Below, piece after piece: positions 14,715-29,016 of a DNA stretch of 64,000 bases. This DNA comes from Neocallimastix sp. 'constans'. Its lineage: Eukaryota. The position numbers and the translations under genes were made by a program. Where the stretch lies: contig JBODTK010000016.1 of assembly GCA_050613775.1 (NCBI GenBank), positions 248,001 through 312,000 of the forward strand, written 5' to 3'. The notes beneath the pieces are model-generated. The model was not told where the DNA came from. It saw only the letters and a program-made list of their open reading frames with translations, and did not search any database. Numbering within the stretch: position 1 is the stretch's first letter; every line of letters starts with the position of its first letter.

Positions 14715-16649
14715 TTGATGTTGATTTATCGTGTCTTTATTTTCAATTGATTTCCAACCTTCAATAATTTTATCATAACTTCTAATATCTGCTAACATTG
14801 AATGTCTTTTATCTTTAAATAATAATAATGACAATAATAAAATACATATATATACGTTATTTAAAGAAAAATAAATAAATAAGATGTAAAAAAAAAAAAA
14901 TATAAAATATAACATATAACCAAATAAATAATAAATAATAAATAAATAAATATAATATTTATATAAATGTATATATATATAAATATTGAATAGTTAATAA
15001 TCTTAATATTTAATTTTATTATTTTATATAAGGACTATATATATAAGATTATTTATTATATATAAATTTAAATATTAAATAAGGAATGTTAACTTACTGT
15101 TATTAGAATTTAATAAAGATTTATTTCTCTGAGGAGAATAATTAAATAAAATATTACTATTACTTCTATTTCTAATACTTTTATTATTTGTTGTATAATT
15201 TAAATTATATTTCCTTAGAGAAGAAATATCATTATTGCTATCTATATTGGTACTATTTTGAATTTTTTGAGGGAAAGAAAAACGTCTATGATCCATTGAT
15301 TGAATATTTTTAATATTTTTATTGATATCCATTCGACCATAATTATTATTACCAGCATTATCAAAACTTTCATCATTATCACTACTAAAACTTTTATTTA
15401 TGGTATCATTATTAGTAGTAATATTTAATTGGTTTATGGCAGAATTAATAATACCATTATTGACTGTATTTAATTTATTATTATCAGAATTATTGTTTAT
15501 TTTTGATGATGGAGATGAGGCGGATGATATTATAAAACTATTATTATTACCATTGTAGTTACTATTGGTATTGCTATCACTATTCCAATCAATATCTGAA
15601 TTTGAACTTACAACGGTGATATCGGTATAAGGACTTGGGGGATAACTACTGGGTGGGGTAGGATAGGAATTGATATTAGAGGAGGAATCTGAAATAAGTC
15701 GTTGTAATTGACTATTGGTTTGTTTTAATTTTTCAATTTGTTGCTCTTGCTGTTTTTGCTTCTCAGTAAGGGAAACATTTTGAATTTTTAGGTTCATATT
15801 TTCCTGTTGAAGTTTTTTATTTTTCTCTTTTAACTCTTTTAGTTCAATTCGTAATAATTCCAATTCATTGGATTGCCATATTGATTCCCCATTGTTAAAA
15901 GTTTCATTTAATAAGAAATCAATATTTTCATTATTTTCATTATTTTTATTTGATTCATTCTTCTTATTATTATTTTTCGATTTTTCTTTTGAATTAGAAT
16001 TATTTTCTTTCGTATCAGATAATTTTGTCGTATTTGTTTTTTTATTATTTAATACTAATTTTGAAAAAGAAATTGCATCTTGAAGCATATTTTTACCATT
16101 AAGTTTTTGTGAATTTTCTGATTTTCTTTGGTTTTCCGTCTTATTATTATATTTATGGGAAGAAGACAAAGTAGAAGATATACTATTACTACTGTCATTT
16201 TTCTTTGAATTTAATGATTTACTATTATTTAGGTCGGAGGTTGAAGAACTATTAATAATGTCACTAGAAAAGGCAACTTTTTGTTTACTATGGGAATGAC
16301 GATGATGTCTTTTTTTACTATCTGCTGTATAAGAAGAAGGTAAATCAACATTTGCTCTATTAAAACTTTGATTTAACATTTTATTTCCTTCTGCTAACAT
16401 TTCATTAATTTTTTCTTGAAAGGCATCGAGCCTTGAAGATAATGTATCATTAAAATCAAAATCCTCCATTTCGAATAATAAATCCTTCTTATTTTCATAA
16501 GAAATACTTTTATTTTCTGTTTTTATTTCATTATGAGTTTTAAAAGTATTTTCATCAAACCATTCATTGTCACTTTCAGTTTCAAGTGACATTAATTCTT
16601 TAACTTTATTTCTTTTATATGTTTCTCTATCAATTTTTGATGTTTTCAT
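13657..16649 (-). CDS. Hypothetical Asn/Ser-rich coiled-coil protein, at least 3 exons
   Basis: Three co-oriented ORFs (15075-16649, 14337-14915, 13657-14121) joined by GT-AG introns; heptad segment LELLRIELKELKEKNKKLQQEN. A possible acceptor at ~16675 suggests a further upstream exon. Confidence 0.6.
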
Positions 16650-18081
16650 TGATATTAGTTGAGTAGAATATCCCTTTTTTTTTTTTTTTTTTTTTTTTTT
16701 GTTATTATTTAACTTATTAATTTGTATATATATATATATATATATTTATTTTATTTTATTTTATTTTATTTATTTATTTATTTATTTATTTTGATAAATT
16801 TTAAATAAATTTAAATGTTGCCAATTTATTTATTATTTATATTTAGTTGATATTTATAATATTATAAAATGTTATAAGTAAACTGAATATATACTATTTT
16901 TCCTCCTATAAGAAAAAAAAAAAAAAAAAAAAAAATTGAATTGTATCAATAATTAAATAATATACATATTTTTATTTATTAATTTTTTTTTTTTCTCAAG
17001 ATAATTGTTTAAATTTAAAATTGAATATACAAATAGTGATAAATAATGTAAAAATACTTTTTATTTTTCTTAAGATATATACTTTTTATTTCTAAAAAAA
17101 ATAAGATAAAATAAAATAAAAAAAAAATTCACTACTCAGTATTGTATTTTCTATAAATATAAAATGTGTGTCTTTGGGAAATTACAGATTTTAGAAATTA
17201 CTTCGTTTCTTTTTACAAAATAAAGTTTAATATAAATTATCATTGAAAATAAGAAGATAAAATAATAAAATAAAATATATATAAAGAAGTATTTATATAT
17301 GACTATGACAAGATATATTTTAACATATATTATTTAATAATTAATAATATATAATTATATAGGGTAAAGTACAATTCAAATTATTTTTTTTATTTTAATA
17401 AGTTTATATATATTACTACATAATTTTAAAAAAGAATATATATAAAATAGTATTTATATATATATCTTATTTATTTATTATTTATTATTTATTATTTATT
17501 ATTTATTATTTATTATTTATTATTTATTATTTATTATTTATTTTTTATTTTTTATTTTTATTATTTATTATTTATTATGTATTATTTATTATTTATTTAC
17601 AAATCACTACCAATAAAAAATAATTAATTAATTATTTTTTTTTGGTAGTGATTTGCATATTAAAAATTTATATGAAAAATTATTTATTCATTTATTCATT
17701 TATTAATATAATTATATAATATTAACAGATGCTCTAATTTTTTTCTTATCAAATTCTACATATTAATATTATTAATAATAATAAATGACTGTACAATTAA
17801 AATAAATATAAAATAAAATTAAATAGAATATATTTATTCAATTTTTTATATTAAATTTTTTTATTCATTAATAAAATTTTAATTAAATCAAAATATACTT
17901 TATTTTTAACTTATAATTTATATAATTTGCTGAATAGAATATACCAATGAAATTGAAAAATGACTTTCATTTCAAATTATGATAACATAAATCCTAAAAT
18001 TTATAATTCATGAGGCAATTATTAAAATAATTTTAATTATTAATAAAATTTTTTTTTTTTTTTTGGTAAAAAATTGTTAAA

Positions 18082-18275
18082 AATAATAAATAATAATAAA
18101 TAATAAATAATAAATAATAAATAATAAATAATAAATAATAAATAATAAATAATAAATAATAAATAATAAATAATAAATAATAAATAATAAATAATAAATA
18201 ATAAATAATAAATAATAAATAATAAATAATAAATAATAAATAATAAATAATAAATAATAAATAATAAATAATAAT
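18082..18275. repeat. (AATAATA)n 7-mer tandem repeat
   Basis: Long near-perfect run; the complementary (TATTATT)n run is at ~17470-17595. Confidence 0.9.
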
Positions 18276-18548
18276 AATTAATAATAATAATTAATAATAA
18301 TAATTAATAATTAATAAGAGTATTTATTAATAAATAGTTTTTATCTTAATAATACTTTATAATAATTTGTAAAAATTTATTCATTTTTATAATTCAATAT
18401 ATATGTTCTTAATGCGTTTATTGTATTGAAAAAAAAAGCATATATATATCAATATCTTTTAAATTATTAAATAAAGCATTTATCAAATATCAATTTATAA
18501 ATGAAAATCTATTTCATAAAATATAAATTAATTCTTATTTCAACACAC

Positions 18549-18579
<31 letters not shown>

Positions 18580-19259
18580 CTTTAAAAATAACCCTATATA
18601 AAATTATTTTTATCTATAATAAAATTATATTATTTGATTAATATAACGAATTTTAGTTATGAATTATATATATTATTTTATTTAAATTTATTTAAATTCA
18701 ATATACATATAAAGAAATTTGTAAAAAAAAAAAAAAAAAAAAAGAATATTTATATTTTTATTATTATGTATTGTTTTTCAATATAGTATTATAATTTTAT
18801 TTTGATGTATAAGTTATAATAATATATATATATTTTTTATTATAATGTTTGTTTAGTATTTAATATAGGATAATTTATTGTATGATATGTTTATATATAT
18901 TGATAAAGTTATTCAATGAAATTGAGATTAAAAATAATATTTATTAAAGAAAATAATAATAAATAAAATAATTATAAATTATTAATAAATTATAAATAAT
19001 TATTATATTTGAAAATATAAAAATAAAAAATATTTTAAGAGATAATATATAATTGATATAATTATTATACATATATAAAACAATTTTTTTTTTTAAAGAA
19101 AGTTATATTAATAGTTTTTTTTTTTTGAAATGATAGATGAATAAATAAAGTATTATATAAAAGTTTTTGTTTGTAGATTCATAGTTATATATATAAATAT
19201 TTTAATGGATATAAATCCATTTATAATAAGATATTTTCTAATATAACATATATATTTAT

Positions 19260-19309
<50 letters not shown>

Positions 19310-19606
19310 ATTTTTCTTATTTCAAAACAAACTTTTTTGAAATTTATGGTAAATAAAAATCATATATAATTAATAATTAAAAAAAAAAAAAATAAAAAAA
19401 TAAAAAAATTATAATAATATAATAAATATTTATTATGATTTTTCATAATAAATAATGTGCTTTATTATATGTATAAACCAAATCATTATTATAATAATTA
19501 AAAGATTTCATTAATAATATTATTATTGGATATAAAGATAGTTTCTTTTGATATATTAGTTTCTTTCTTTTCCTTTCATTCTAATGAGAAATATCGAAGA
19601 AAAAAG

Positions 19607-19645
<39 letters not shown>

Positions 19646-19804
19646 TTTAATTAAAAATATCATAGAAAAAAAATTTTTTTTTTTTTATTTTACTTTACTT
19701 TGATTTACTTTATTATTCTTTTATTTTACTTTTTGTTTACTTTTCCTTTCATTTACTTTTACTTTTTATTAAAATTATTATTATTATTATCATTACTTTT
19801 CCTT

Positions 19805-22195
19805 TTAAAGATATCGTACAATTTCCATATGATCATATTTAAAAGCTAAAGATTTTGCAGTTTCACCATTTTGATTATTAATTCGTTTACTGGCTCCACG
19901 GTTTACTAAATTAATAACTACATCAAGATATCCATTTTGAGAGGCATACATTAAGGAAGTAAATCCAGCTTTATTTTGATCATTAATTAAGGCACCCTTT
20001 GATAATAAATAGAATAGAATAGTTTTATGACCTTGTTTAGCCGCTAACATTAAGGGGGAATTACCTTCGATATCTTTTTCATTAATATCTGAACCATGAT
20101 CAATTAAATATTTAACGATTTCTAAATGTCCATACTTTGAAGCCAATTGAAGCGGAGTCATTTCTTTACCATTTCTCTTAGTAATTGTCATTCCACCATC
20201 TTCCATTAAAAATTTAACTACATCACTATGTCCATATTTACAAGCAAGTTGTAAGGCATCCTTTTTATGATAATTATTAGTATTATTATTCATGGAAAAA
20301 AGATCTGCACCATGTTTATATAAAAATTGAACAATGGGAAGATGACCGTATTTACAAGCATACAGAATAGCGGTTTTCTTATTTTTACATTTTTCATGAA
20401 TATTTACTCCATGAGTATATAAAAATTTTACAATATCTAAATGTCCACCATAACTAGCTAAAATTAATGGATTCTCACCTTGTTTATTTTTACAATTCAA
20501 TTTTGTACCTCGTTCATAAAGATATTTAATGATATCCAAATGACCATATTGTGCGGCTGCCATTAATGCCATCTCTCTCGTCTTTGATTTTTTCATTATT
20601 TTCGTTTTAGATTGTTGATAGAGATATTCCATGATATTTTTATATCCCATTTGAGAGGCATAGACAAGGGCATTTTTACCTGAACAATCTGTTATATCAA
20701 TTTTAGCTCCATGCTTCACTAAATATTGTACAGTTGAAAAATGACCATGTTGAGCGGCTAACATTAAAGCCGTCATTTTCTTTTTATTCTTCTTATGAAT
20801 ACTTAACCCCCGTTTATGAAGGTATTGTAGTACATTGAGATGACCATACTCAGCAGCAATCATTAAAGCATTACAACCTTGATCATTCTTTTCTGAGATG
20901 ATAGCTTCTTGATCACAGAGATATTGAACAATTTCTATATGACCATTTTGGGCAGCAAACATTAAGGCTGACCATCCATATTTATCTTTACCAAAAATTT
21001 TTTGGAATTTTGCTTTTATTCGTGAGAAAGTATTGTGTTTACCATGACTACTGCTAGTATTAGTTGTAGTAGTATTAGTATTAGTAGTAGTAGTAGTAGT
21101 AGTAGTAAAATTGGTAGTAGTTGAAGTAGAAGTAGTTATATTTGTATTAGTATTTATAATTGTATTAATATCATTCTCTTCATGGAAAAATTTTTTACTT
21201 TTTATGTTAATATTTGCTCCATGATTTAATAGATATTTAACAATAGAAAGATGGCCATTTTGAGAAGCAAACATTAAAGGGGTATAACCAATAGAATTGA
21301 ATTTATTTACATTAGCTTTTTTATCCACTAAAAATTTAACAATTTCGAAAAATCCTTCTTTTGATGCAATAACTAACGAAGTATTTCCCTCCTGATCTTT
21401 TCTATTAATGTAAACGCCATTATTAACAAGATACTTAACCACATTTACTCTGTTATATTTCGTAATTTTTGGTAATACACTATACTTATTATAGAGTTGA
21501 AGAAGTGGTATATTGAAACTATAAAGTATAATATCACACATAATATCAATATTCCAATGATTAATGGCTTGCTCTACCATATTTTTAGTAATTTTTAATT
21601 GAAGTTTATTTTTATCTATCCAAAGAATTAAATCTTGAGGACTCATTCCTCTCCTTGATTTTGAAGCCATCAAACCTTCCATAATAAATTTTTTATTAAA
21701 AGAATATTGCTCAAATATAATTTTTAAAAATTCTGAATGACCATCTTCAATAATATAACTTAAAAGGCAACTTCCTTCTTTATTTTTATAATTAATATCA
21801 ATTCCATGGTGAATAAGATATAGTAATATTTTTCTATTTAATATTTTATTTTGATAGAGATAAAATAAAACATTTTCTTTATTACTATTACAATAATTGA
21901 TATTTGCTCCTCGTTTTAATAAGATATCCGTAATATAAAAATTATTTTTTTCTAACGATAAGAATAATGGAATTTTATTCCTATTAAATTCATAATTTAC
22001 ATTTTCATACTGATTAATTAGAAATTTAATAATTTCATTGTTGCTATTATGTTCTATAGAATAGGTTAACACATCAAATGAGCTATCATTAATTTTATTA
22101 TTAATAGATATATTATTGTAATAGAAGTATGTTTTAAAATCATTAATTGAATTTCCTTCAATTAATAATTTCATTAAGATTTTTTCTTCATTCAT
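19805..22195 (-). CDS. Ankyrin-repeat protein (796 aa, intronless)
   Basis: Many G-x-TPLMxAxxxGHxxIVKYLxxxGA repeats; a Thr-rich insert lies between two repeat blocks. Confidence 0.92.
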   Translation of the reverse strand: MNEEKILMKLLIEGNSINDFKTYFYYNNISINNKINDSSFDVLTYSIEHNSNNEIIKFLINQYENVNYEFNRNKIPLFLSLEKNNFYITDILLKRGANINYCNSNKENVLFYLYQNKILNRKILLYLIHHGIDINYKNKEGSCLLSYIIEDGHSEFLKIIFEQYSFNKKFIMEGLMASKSRRGMSPQDLILWIDKNKLQLKITKNMVEQAINHWNIDIMCDIILYSFNIPLLQLYNKYSVLPKITKYNRVNVVKYLVNNGVYINRKDQEGNTSLVIASKEGFFEIVKFLVDKKANVNKFNSIGYTPLMFASQNGHLSIVKYLLNHGANINIKSKKFFHEENDINTIINTNTNITTSTSTTTNFTTTTTTTTNTNTTTTNTSSSHGKHNTFSRIKAKFQKIFGKDKYGWSALMFAAQNGHIEIVQYLCDQEAIISEKNDQGCNALMIAAEYGHLNVLQYLHKRGLSIHKKNKKKMTALMLAAQHGHFSTVQYLVKHGAKIDITDCSGKNALVYASQMGYKNIMEYLYQQSKTKIMKKSKTREMALMAAAQYGHLDIIKYLYERGTKLNCKNKQGENPLILASYGGHLDIVKFLYTHGVNIHEKCKNKKTAILYACKYGHLPIVQFLYKHGADLFSMNNNTNNYHKKDALQLACKYGHSDVVKFLMEDGGMTITKRNGKEMTPLQLASKYGHLEIVKYLIDHGSDINEKDIEGNSPLMLAAKQGHKTILFYLLSKGALINDQNKAGFTSLMYASQNGYLDVVINLVNRGASKRINNQNGETAKSLAFKYDHMEIVRYL

Positions 22196-22910
22196 TTTGG
22201 TAAGGATTAATTTATTATAATTATTATGATGATTTAAATTATATAATTATTGTTTAAATTACTTATTATAATATATTAAAAAAAAAAGGATGGTTTATAA
22301 AAATATAAAAAAATAAAAATAAAAATAAAAATTAAAAGTTTATTATAATATTGAATATCAAAATTTTATCATTTTTAATTCATTATTAATACTATAATTA
22401 AAAAAATATTTTTTGTATCGATAATTTGATAATTCAATTTAAAAATCTATTAAAAAAAAAAAAGTTTTGATTTTTGAATTATTATTATTTTTTTTTCTAT
22501 CTTTGAAATATATATATTTAGTATATACTTTATTATATACTTTATATACTTTAAATATATAAAGTATATAAATAAATTTATTAAATAAACTTTTTTTTTT
22601 GATATACTTTTTGATATACTATTTAATTATTTTGTTTAAGATTATTAATTATTTATAAAGTAATTTTAATATACAATTTCACATTTTTTATTTTTACAGA
22701 AAATTTCATTTCATCTTTTATATAATTTATATCTTTTCTTTAATTGTTATTTATTTTTAGTTCTTGTATAAAGAAATATAAATTAATAGGAATAAAAGTA
22801 TTTTTTATTTAACTATTGCTACTAATAGTTGTTAGAATAAATAAAATATTATATTATTAATATTTTAATTTTATATATATCAATTGTTAATAATAACAAC
22901 AACAATAATT

Positions 22911-22987
<77 letters not shown>

Positions 22988-25259
22988 TAATAATAATAAA
23001 TAATATTAATAAATAATAATAATAATAATAATAATTTTTTTTTTAAATTTTAAAAATTGGAAATATATAAGAAAATATTTTTTTTTCAAATGTAAATATT
23101 ATTATTTTATATTTAATTATCTAATATTATAATTAAATAATTAAATAAATGTTTTATAATTTTAATAATTAACAATACGAAGTTAAATAATTATATATTA
23201 AAGTTGATTTATATTATATATTAGAATAAAAACAAATAAATATTATTTTTTAGTAATAAAAATAAATTCTTTTTTTTTTTTTATTTTAATATATTTGAAT
23301 AAAATTAAAATAAATTTAATAGTTAAATTAATAATAAAATATAATTAAAATAAAATAAAAGAATTGTGCTTATGGTATATGAAATAAAAATTTAAAAATT
23401 TAATTATATATGTATTATATATTTATATATAATATATAAATAAAAATAAAAAGTTTAAAATTTCATATTAACCAATAATTTTGTGTGATTTTTTTTTTAT
23501 AAAAATGACTTTGAGATAATAAAAAGTTAAAAGGAATTCAGTTACTTATTTAATATAGAATATACATATTATATTATAATCTATTCATTACTAATTTAAT
23601 ATAGAGTATATATATATTATTATATTATAATCTATTCAATATTGAATTAAAGGATAAGACCTAAATATTGTTTTTTTTTTTATTTATTTATTTTTATTAT
23701 ATATTAAATTATAAAAATTAAAATATATAATCTTCTAAAATTAAAAGAGAAAAAAAAAATTAACTATTTTCATATAGACTTCTTTTTTTTTTCATTTTTT
23801 ATTATTATTAATTCTAAAAAAAAAAAAAAAAAAAAATTAGAATATAATATATATAATAATTATAATTAAAAAAAATTATAGTAAAGAAAAAAAGAAAAAT
23901 ATAAATAGAATTTAATATGAATTTGGAACATTTTAAAATTTAATGAAATTCTAAATAAAGCTTAAAAATCATAAATATATATATATATAAAATAAAACCA
24001 TGAAATAAAAAATTATTGAATATATTATATATAAATATAAATATAATTTTTAATAAAGATTATTATAAAATTTTATTTATTATTTATTTTTTGTCATTTT
24101 TTTTTTTACAGAACAGTATATATAATTCAGTAAAATTTTAGGTTTTATATAGAATATAAATAAATTAATAAAAAAAAATATTAGTAAATTAAAGACAACT
24201 TTTCTTTTTAATTAGCTTTAATTTATTTTTTTTTCACTTAAACTTTAAATATAAAGTTAATCTTCAATAGAAAAATAAATTATAATAATAATTTGCTTAT
24301 TTATATATATATTTTGATGTCGTTTATTAACTTCAAATTAATAATTGATAGTGTCTTTTTGAATATTAAAATTTTAAAAATCAATATTGAAGTAATAGTT
24401 TTAAATTTTTAAACCAAATGCCTACTATAAAATTATAGTACAATTTTCATATAATTATCATTAACCATTAAATAATTTTCAAAGTAGTTCTATATATATT
24501 AAAAAATAAATAAATAAATAAAAAATGAATTTCCTTATTTTTTAGAAGTTAAAGATGATTCCTTTTTTAGAAATTTTTTATATTAGAAATTAATTAAAAA
24601 AAAATTTTTTTTATGAACATTCTTTTAATTAACTGAAAACGTGCAATAATTTTACATATATAATTTAATATATATATATATATTTTTTTTTTGATGGCTT
24701 TCTCCAAATATAAATAATATTATTAATAACAAGTAATAATAAATAATAAATAATTAAAAAATAAATATATAAAAAAAAATAAAAAACAAATAATCAAAAT
24801 TAATCATCAATAATTAATAATAAATGCTAAATATAAATAATAATAATAATCATGATAATAATTTTATGACAAATGATAAATAATAAATAATAAATGAAAA
24901 TTAATGAATTGCAAAAAGATATTCCTGCTGAAATCTTCTCTAATTACAAATAATTTGTTAATACAGTTAAATCATAATTCATAATAAATTAAATGTATAT
25001 TGTTAAAAAAAAAAAAAAAAAAAAAGATATGAATAAATTATTATAAAAATAAATAAATTTTTATTTAAATAGTTTTATTCATTCCTAATAATAAAATATA
25101 TATTGGTGAAAAAAAAAATTTTTTTTATTTTTTTATTTTACTACATATTTTTATTAATTTAATACATATTTTTATTCATTAAGAGATTTAAATTACAGAT
25201 ATTTTTAAATATATTATTATTATATATATATATAATTGAACAAATAATTTAATTATTAT

Positions 25260-25680
25260 AAAAGGATTTTAATTAACGCCTTAATGGTATGCCATATAAC
25301 ACCTACAGTAATAACTATTGGGGCATTATTAAAAGATGGATACCCATTATATATATGTGTCTCCATATATTTTTTATATTAAAGCATTGAACTGATATTA
25401 ATAAAAGAAAAAAAAAAAAAGAAAGAAAATAATATTTTTTTCATAGAGGTCCATTTGATGCCAAACTGATTTCTAAAATAATAATATAATAATAAGAAGA
25501 AAAAGACCAATATTAATAGATAATCCTGTTGCTATTGTTATTGTTGTTGTATAATTAATCTTGTTATTTTTTTTTTCTTTTAACTTCTGATATATCTCAT
25601 ATATAATTTTTTCGATGAAATTTTATGATATTTTTTACTTGTTTTTTTTTTTTTTTTTTAATAATAAGTCCATCACAAAA
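25260..25680 (-). pseudogene. Possible decayed membrane-protein gene fragment
   Basis: Short minus-strand frames give hydrophobic peptides (ITIATGLSINIGLFLLIIYYFRNQFGIKW; IWRHIYNGYP...VITVGVIWH) in a locally less AT-rich stretch; no intact ORF. Confidence 0.2.
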
Positions 25681-25761
25681 TTTATTTAAATGAATTGATT
25701 TAACTAATTTTTATGTATATAATAAAGTCTAATAATAAATGAAATAAAAATTATTCAATTT

Positions 25762-26075
25762 CTTTTTTTTAATAGACTAGGAATAAATTTAATCTAATAA
25801 TATTTAGATCCTAGTAAAAATGTATAGTAAAGAACTAAACTAAGGACAAAGGAAACTAGAATACGAGTTTTAAAGTAGAAAGATACGTCGCAATTGGATA
25901 AAAATTTAAAGAAAGAGCAAAAGAGTAAATTTTTTAATTATTTTAATATTCATCTTAGCAATAATTGACTCTAAATTCAATGCTTCATTGAAAGGTATTC
26001 CAAGATATGCATATTGATTAGTGCTTGGTAGATGGTTCATGCCTAAATTAAATGTAAGATTTTCACAATTTCCTT
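25762..26075 (-). mobile_element. Decayed LINE family-B fragments (post-RT region plus 3' tip)
   Basis: ~25820-26070 encodes ENLTFNLGMNHLPSTNQYAYLGIPFNEAL, homologous to 36400-36610. 25773-25805 (tagactaggaataaa) matches the family-B 3' end at 35163. Confidence 0.75.
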
Positions 26076-26077
26076 AA

Positions 26078-29016
26078 TTTTTTTTTAATAGCAGCATTAT
26101 TGCGAACTTTAACTTTTTTATTTATTCATTCATTAAATACATATATATTTTTTAAAAAGAAACACAAAATTAATAAAAAAACATCATTTATCCAATTGAA
26201 TATAAATTAATTTTTTAATTAGTGTATTGTGAAATTATAGTAATATTCAAAATGAAGTGTATAAATAAATTCAGAATAAAGTATATGTGCAAAGATCCTC
26301 ACCTCCTGATTACTTATTCCTGATTAAGGTTTGAATTGACTATCTGAAAGAAATTATGGTCTTCTCCTTCAGAGGCATTGGCCCTGCTGGACTGTCTTAC
26401 TGTATTTTCAGCGTTGACGCTCCTGGTTAGTTTGCGCTTATACCGTCGGAATAGCAACCCTTGTCGAGTACTAGCCAGAGGCAAAATTTCTGTAAGGAGA
26501 GCCGCAGATTGCACCAAGAATGGAGTTTTTGAATAATCACCAGAATTAATTTGGTTCTTAAGCAAAATATCCCATTCCTTTGTATAATTTAAATCAATAA
26601 TATTTGCATCTCTTTCACCAAGAAGGAAGTTATATAATCGGTACCATGCCACATATATATTTACACACTCTTGATTCAGAAAATTACTTAAATTAACACA
26701 ATTTTCACCAATTGAATTATTCACTACATTATTAGTAACAATATTATTATTTTCACTATCATTAATTCTACAATTATTATAATAATATTATTTCTATTGC
26801 TATTATTATTAATATTATATAATTCGTTACTACTATCAGAATCAGAACTTGATTCTATATTATTCATATCTGTGATAACATTTAGAAAACCAATGTTCCA
26901 ATCGAGGACTACTATTTTTTCTATAACAACAAGGGCATCTTTCTAGACAGTCTTCTTCAATCATTTTAGCAGCTTTGGCATCACGAGCATCGAATTTATA
27001 TCCGCATCTGGAAAGAAGTACCCATCGGAAACCAATGCTAAATTCAGGATACTTGAAGTTGAACTTTAGGTTGTCTCTAGTTTTCTACGAGCAGTTTATG
27101 ATAAGATGCAGAAGGATAATCAACAGAATAAGTACTTGATATTTTATTTAGTATACTTGAATTGATTAACGCATGATCAATATCTGATGAATATCTACCT
27201 CTAGTCTATGAAATAGATGAACCATTAATCGGAAGAATAAACCAATTATCAAGGTTACCGTTGGTTAATTTATCCTGTAAATCAGCGATGTTCATGTTAA
27301 TGTCCCCAAGAAGAATAGATAGATGATTAGTGTGATTCTGAAGCCATGTGAAAACTTCAGAGAATGCATATCGAACTTGTAATGAGTGTTTCTTAGTGGG
27401 AATATAGACAATACTTACAGAACACTAAGAGTAATTCCATAGAATATATGTTGTTAAAGAAACAAGATGGGTATAGGAATTATCTTCAAGTACTACTTGA
27501 CATGAGAAATGATACCCAAGATATAAACCTCTGCAACCTGGAGTAGTTGGATCCATTTCGTTTCTGGAAATATTTATAGTTTGGAAGTGTGGCTTTACAT
27601 GGATTTCTAGCATCATTGATACATTTACCTGTTTCCTGAAAACATAGAAATAATGGTTTAAAAATTGTGTAGAAGTACTCAATACTATCTCTTTTCACAA
27701 AATTTCATCCATTGGTATTCCAACTAAAACAAAAAGAAAACTTTCCTGTATTAGAATATTATATTGGATTTTAAGAATTAAGATTAGGAATATTGGGAGC
27801 ATTGAATTCATGATTGCCATTTATAACATTTACTAAATTATTTGAACTGAGATTTGCTGAGTTTGTATTATTGGATGTGTTATTAAATATTAAATTTTGT
27901 TTTAAATGCCAAAAAGTAACAACTTCTACGATATGAAATTTTAACTCCTGATATTGATTTTTCAAATACTTCTTCAAATTTTTCGTGGTTGAAATTTGGA
28001 GTGTATATTTTTATCCTGAAGAAACTATAATTAAATTTAGTAATTCTTTTTACTGACAAAATATTATCCTTGAATTTTTTTTTATTTAGAATGAATAAAT
28101 TCCTTCATTTTAGCATTGGTCTATATATGTATACCACGGATAAAAGTCAACCTTGTGTTGTCAATAGATGTTCCATAACAGCGAGAACCTCGGTGAAATA
28201 TCTTTTTCATAATGAACTAAAAAATATAAATTAAAAAAAAATGAAACAAATAGAAAACTAAAATACTAAAAGCTAAGAAATATAGATATAAATAAAAAAT
28301 ATAAAAAAAAATAAAATAAAAAAATTTAAATGAAAAAAAAAAATACTATGAAGTTTTTATCTTTGTGTAGTAATTGATAAAATTTAAATAAAATAAACAA
28401 CTTAAGAATTTCGTAGTAATGTATAATCACCTCTTTTCTATTTTTATTCTGTTATCTTTTGAGTTTCTGAAATTCTATTCGATATGTAAACTTTTGAATG
28501 ATAAAATAATTTTCTTTAACGTATTCATCAATAAACTGAGATGAAAATGTAAAAAATGTTTGTAGTGATAGACTATAAAAGGATTCTCATCCATTAAATA
28601 ATGTCTTAAACACAAGCTTTGGAGTGAATCAATATCCTACATTTCTATTTTACAATAGCTACATGAGAGTTTAAATAATACAATAGAAAAATACATATAC
28701 AAAATAATACTAAAGTAAAAAAATACAATAGATTCATTACAATGATAATATGTAGAAACTACATGATATTATTAATTATACAACTCCAATGTTACTACAT
28801 ATCCAGTTTAAAACAATATAAAACATCAAGTTCACTTTCTACAGTCTTCCTGTATTCCAAATTTCTCTCTTCGTACTAGAAGCCGCTTTAGAAAGGATAA
28901 CCATCGATTATCATCAGAATCACAGAAAGCTGTAATTAGTATACCTGATATAGGCTATTCCTTTTCCATCAACCCTCCATGGACCTGGAAAAACAGTCCA
29001 CATCATTGGGGACAGA
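26078..29016 (-). mobile_element. Internally deleted LINE (family E): 5' hairpin, 5' UTR, N-terminus, APE endonuclease, C-terminal Cys domain; RT missing
   Basis: ORF start ~28210 (MKKIFHRG..CYG, similar to family-A PFHRVFYCFG). Endonuclease motifs KRDSIEYF..LCFQETG, LGDINM and IDH, then a jump at ~27090 to FRWVLLSRCGYKFD..CPCC..EHWFSKC. Several stops and frameshifts. Boundaries approximate. Confidence 0.75.
28965..29016 (-). ncRNA. Kink-turn (box C/D-like) hairpin at the apparent 5' end of LINE family E
   Basis: Minus strand CUGUC-CCC-AAU-GAUG-UGGAC-(11 nt)-GUCCA-UGGA-GGG-UU-GAUGG: 3-nt bulge, tandem G.A/A.G, closing stems. Confidence 0.6.

Noticed and set aside
17470..18275. 7-mer arrays as CRISPR-like or telomeric repeats
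   Set aside because: No spacers, pure A/T, interstitial; ordinary simple repeats.
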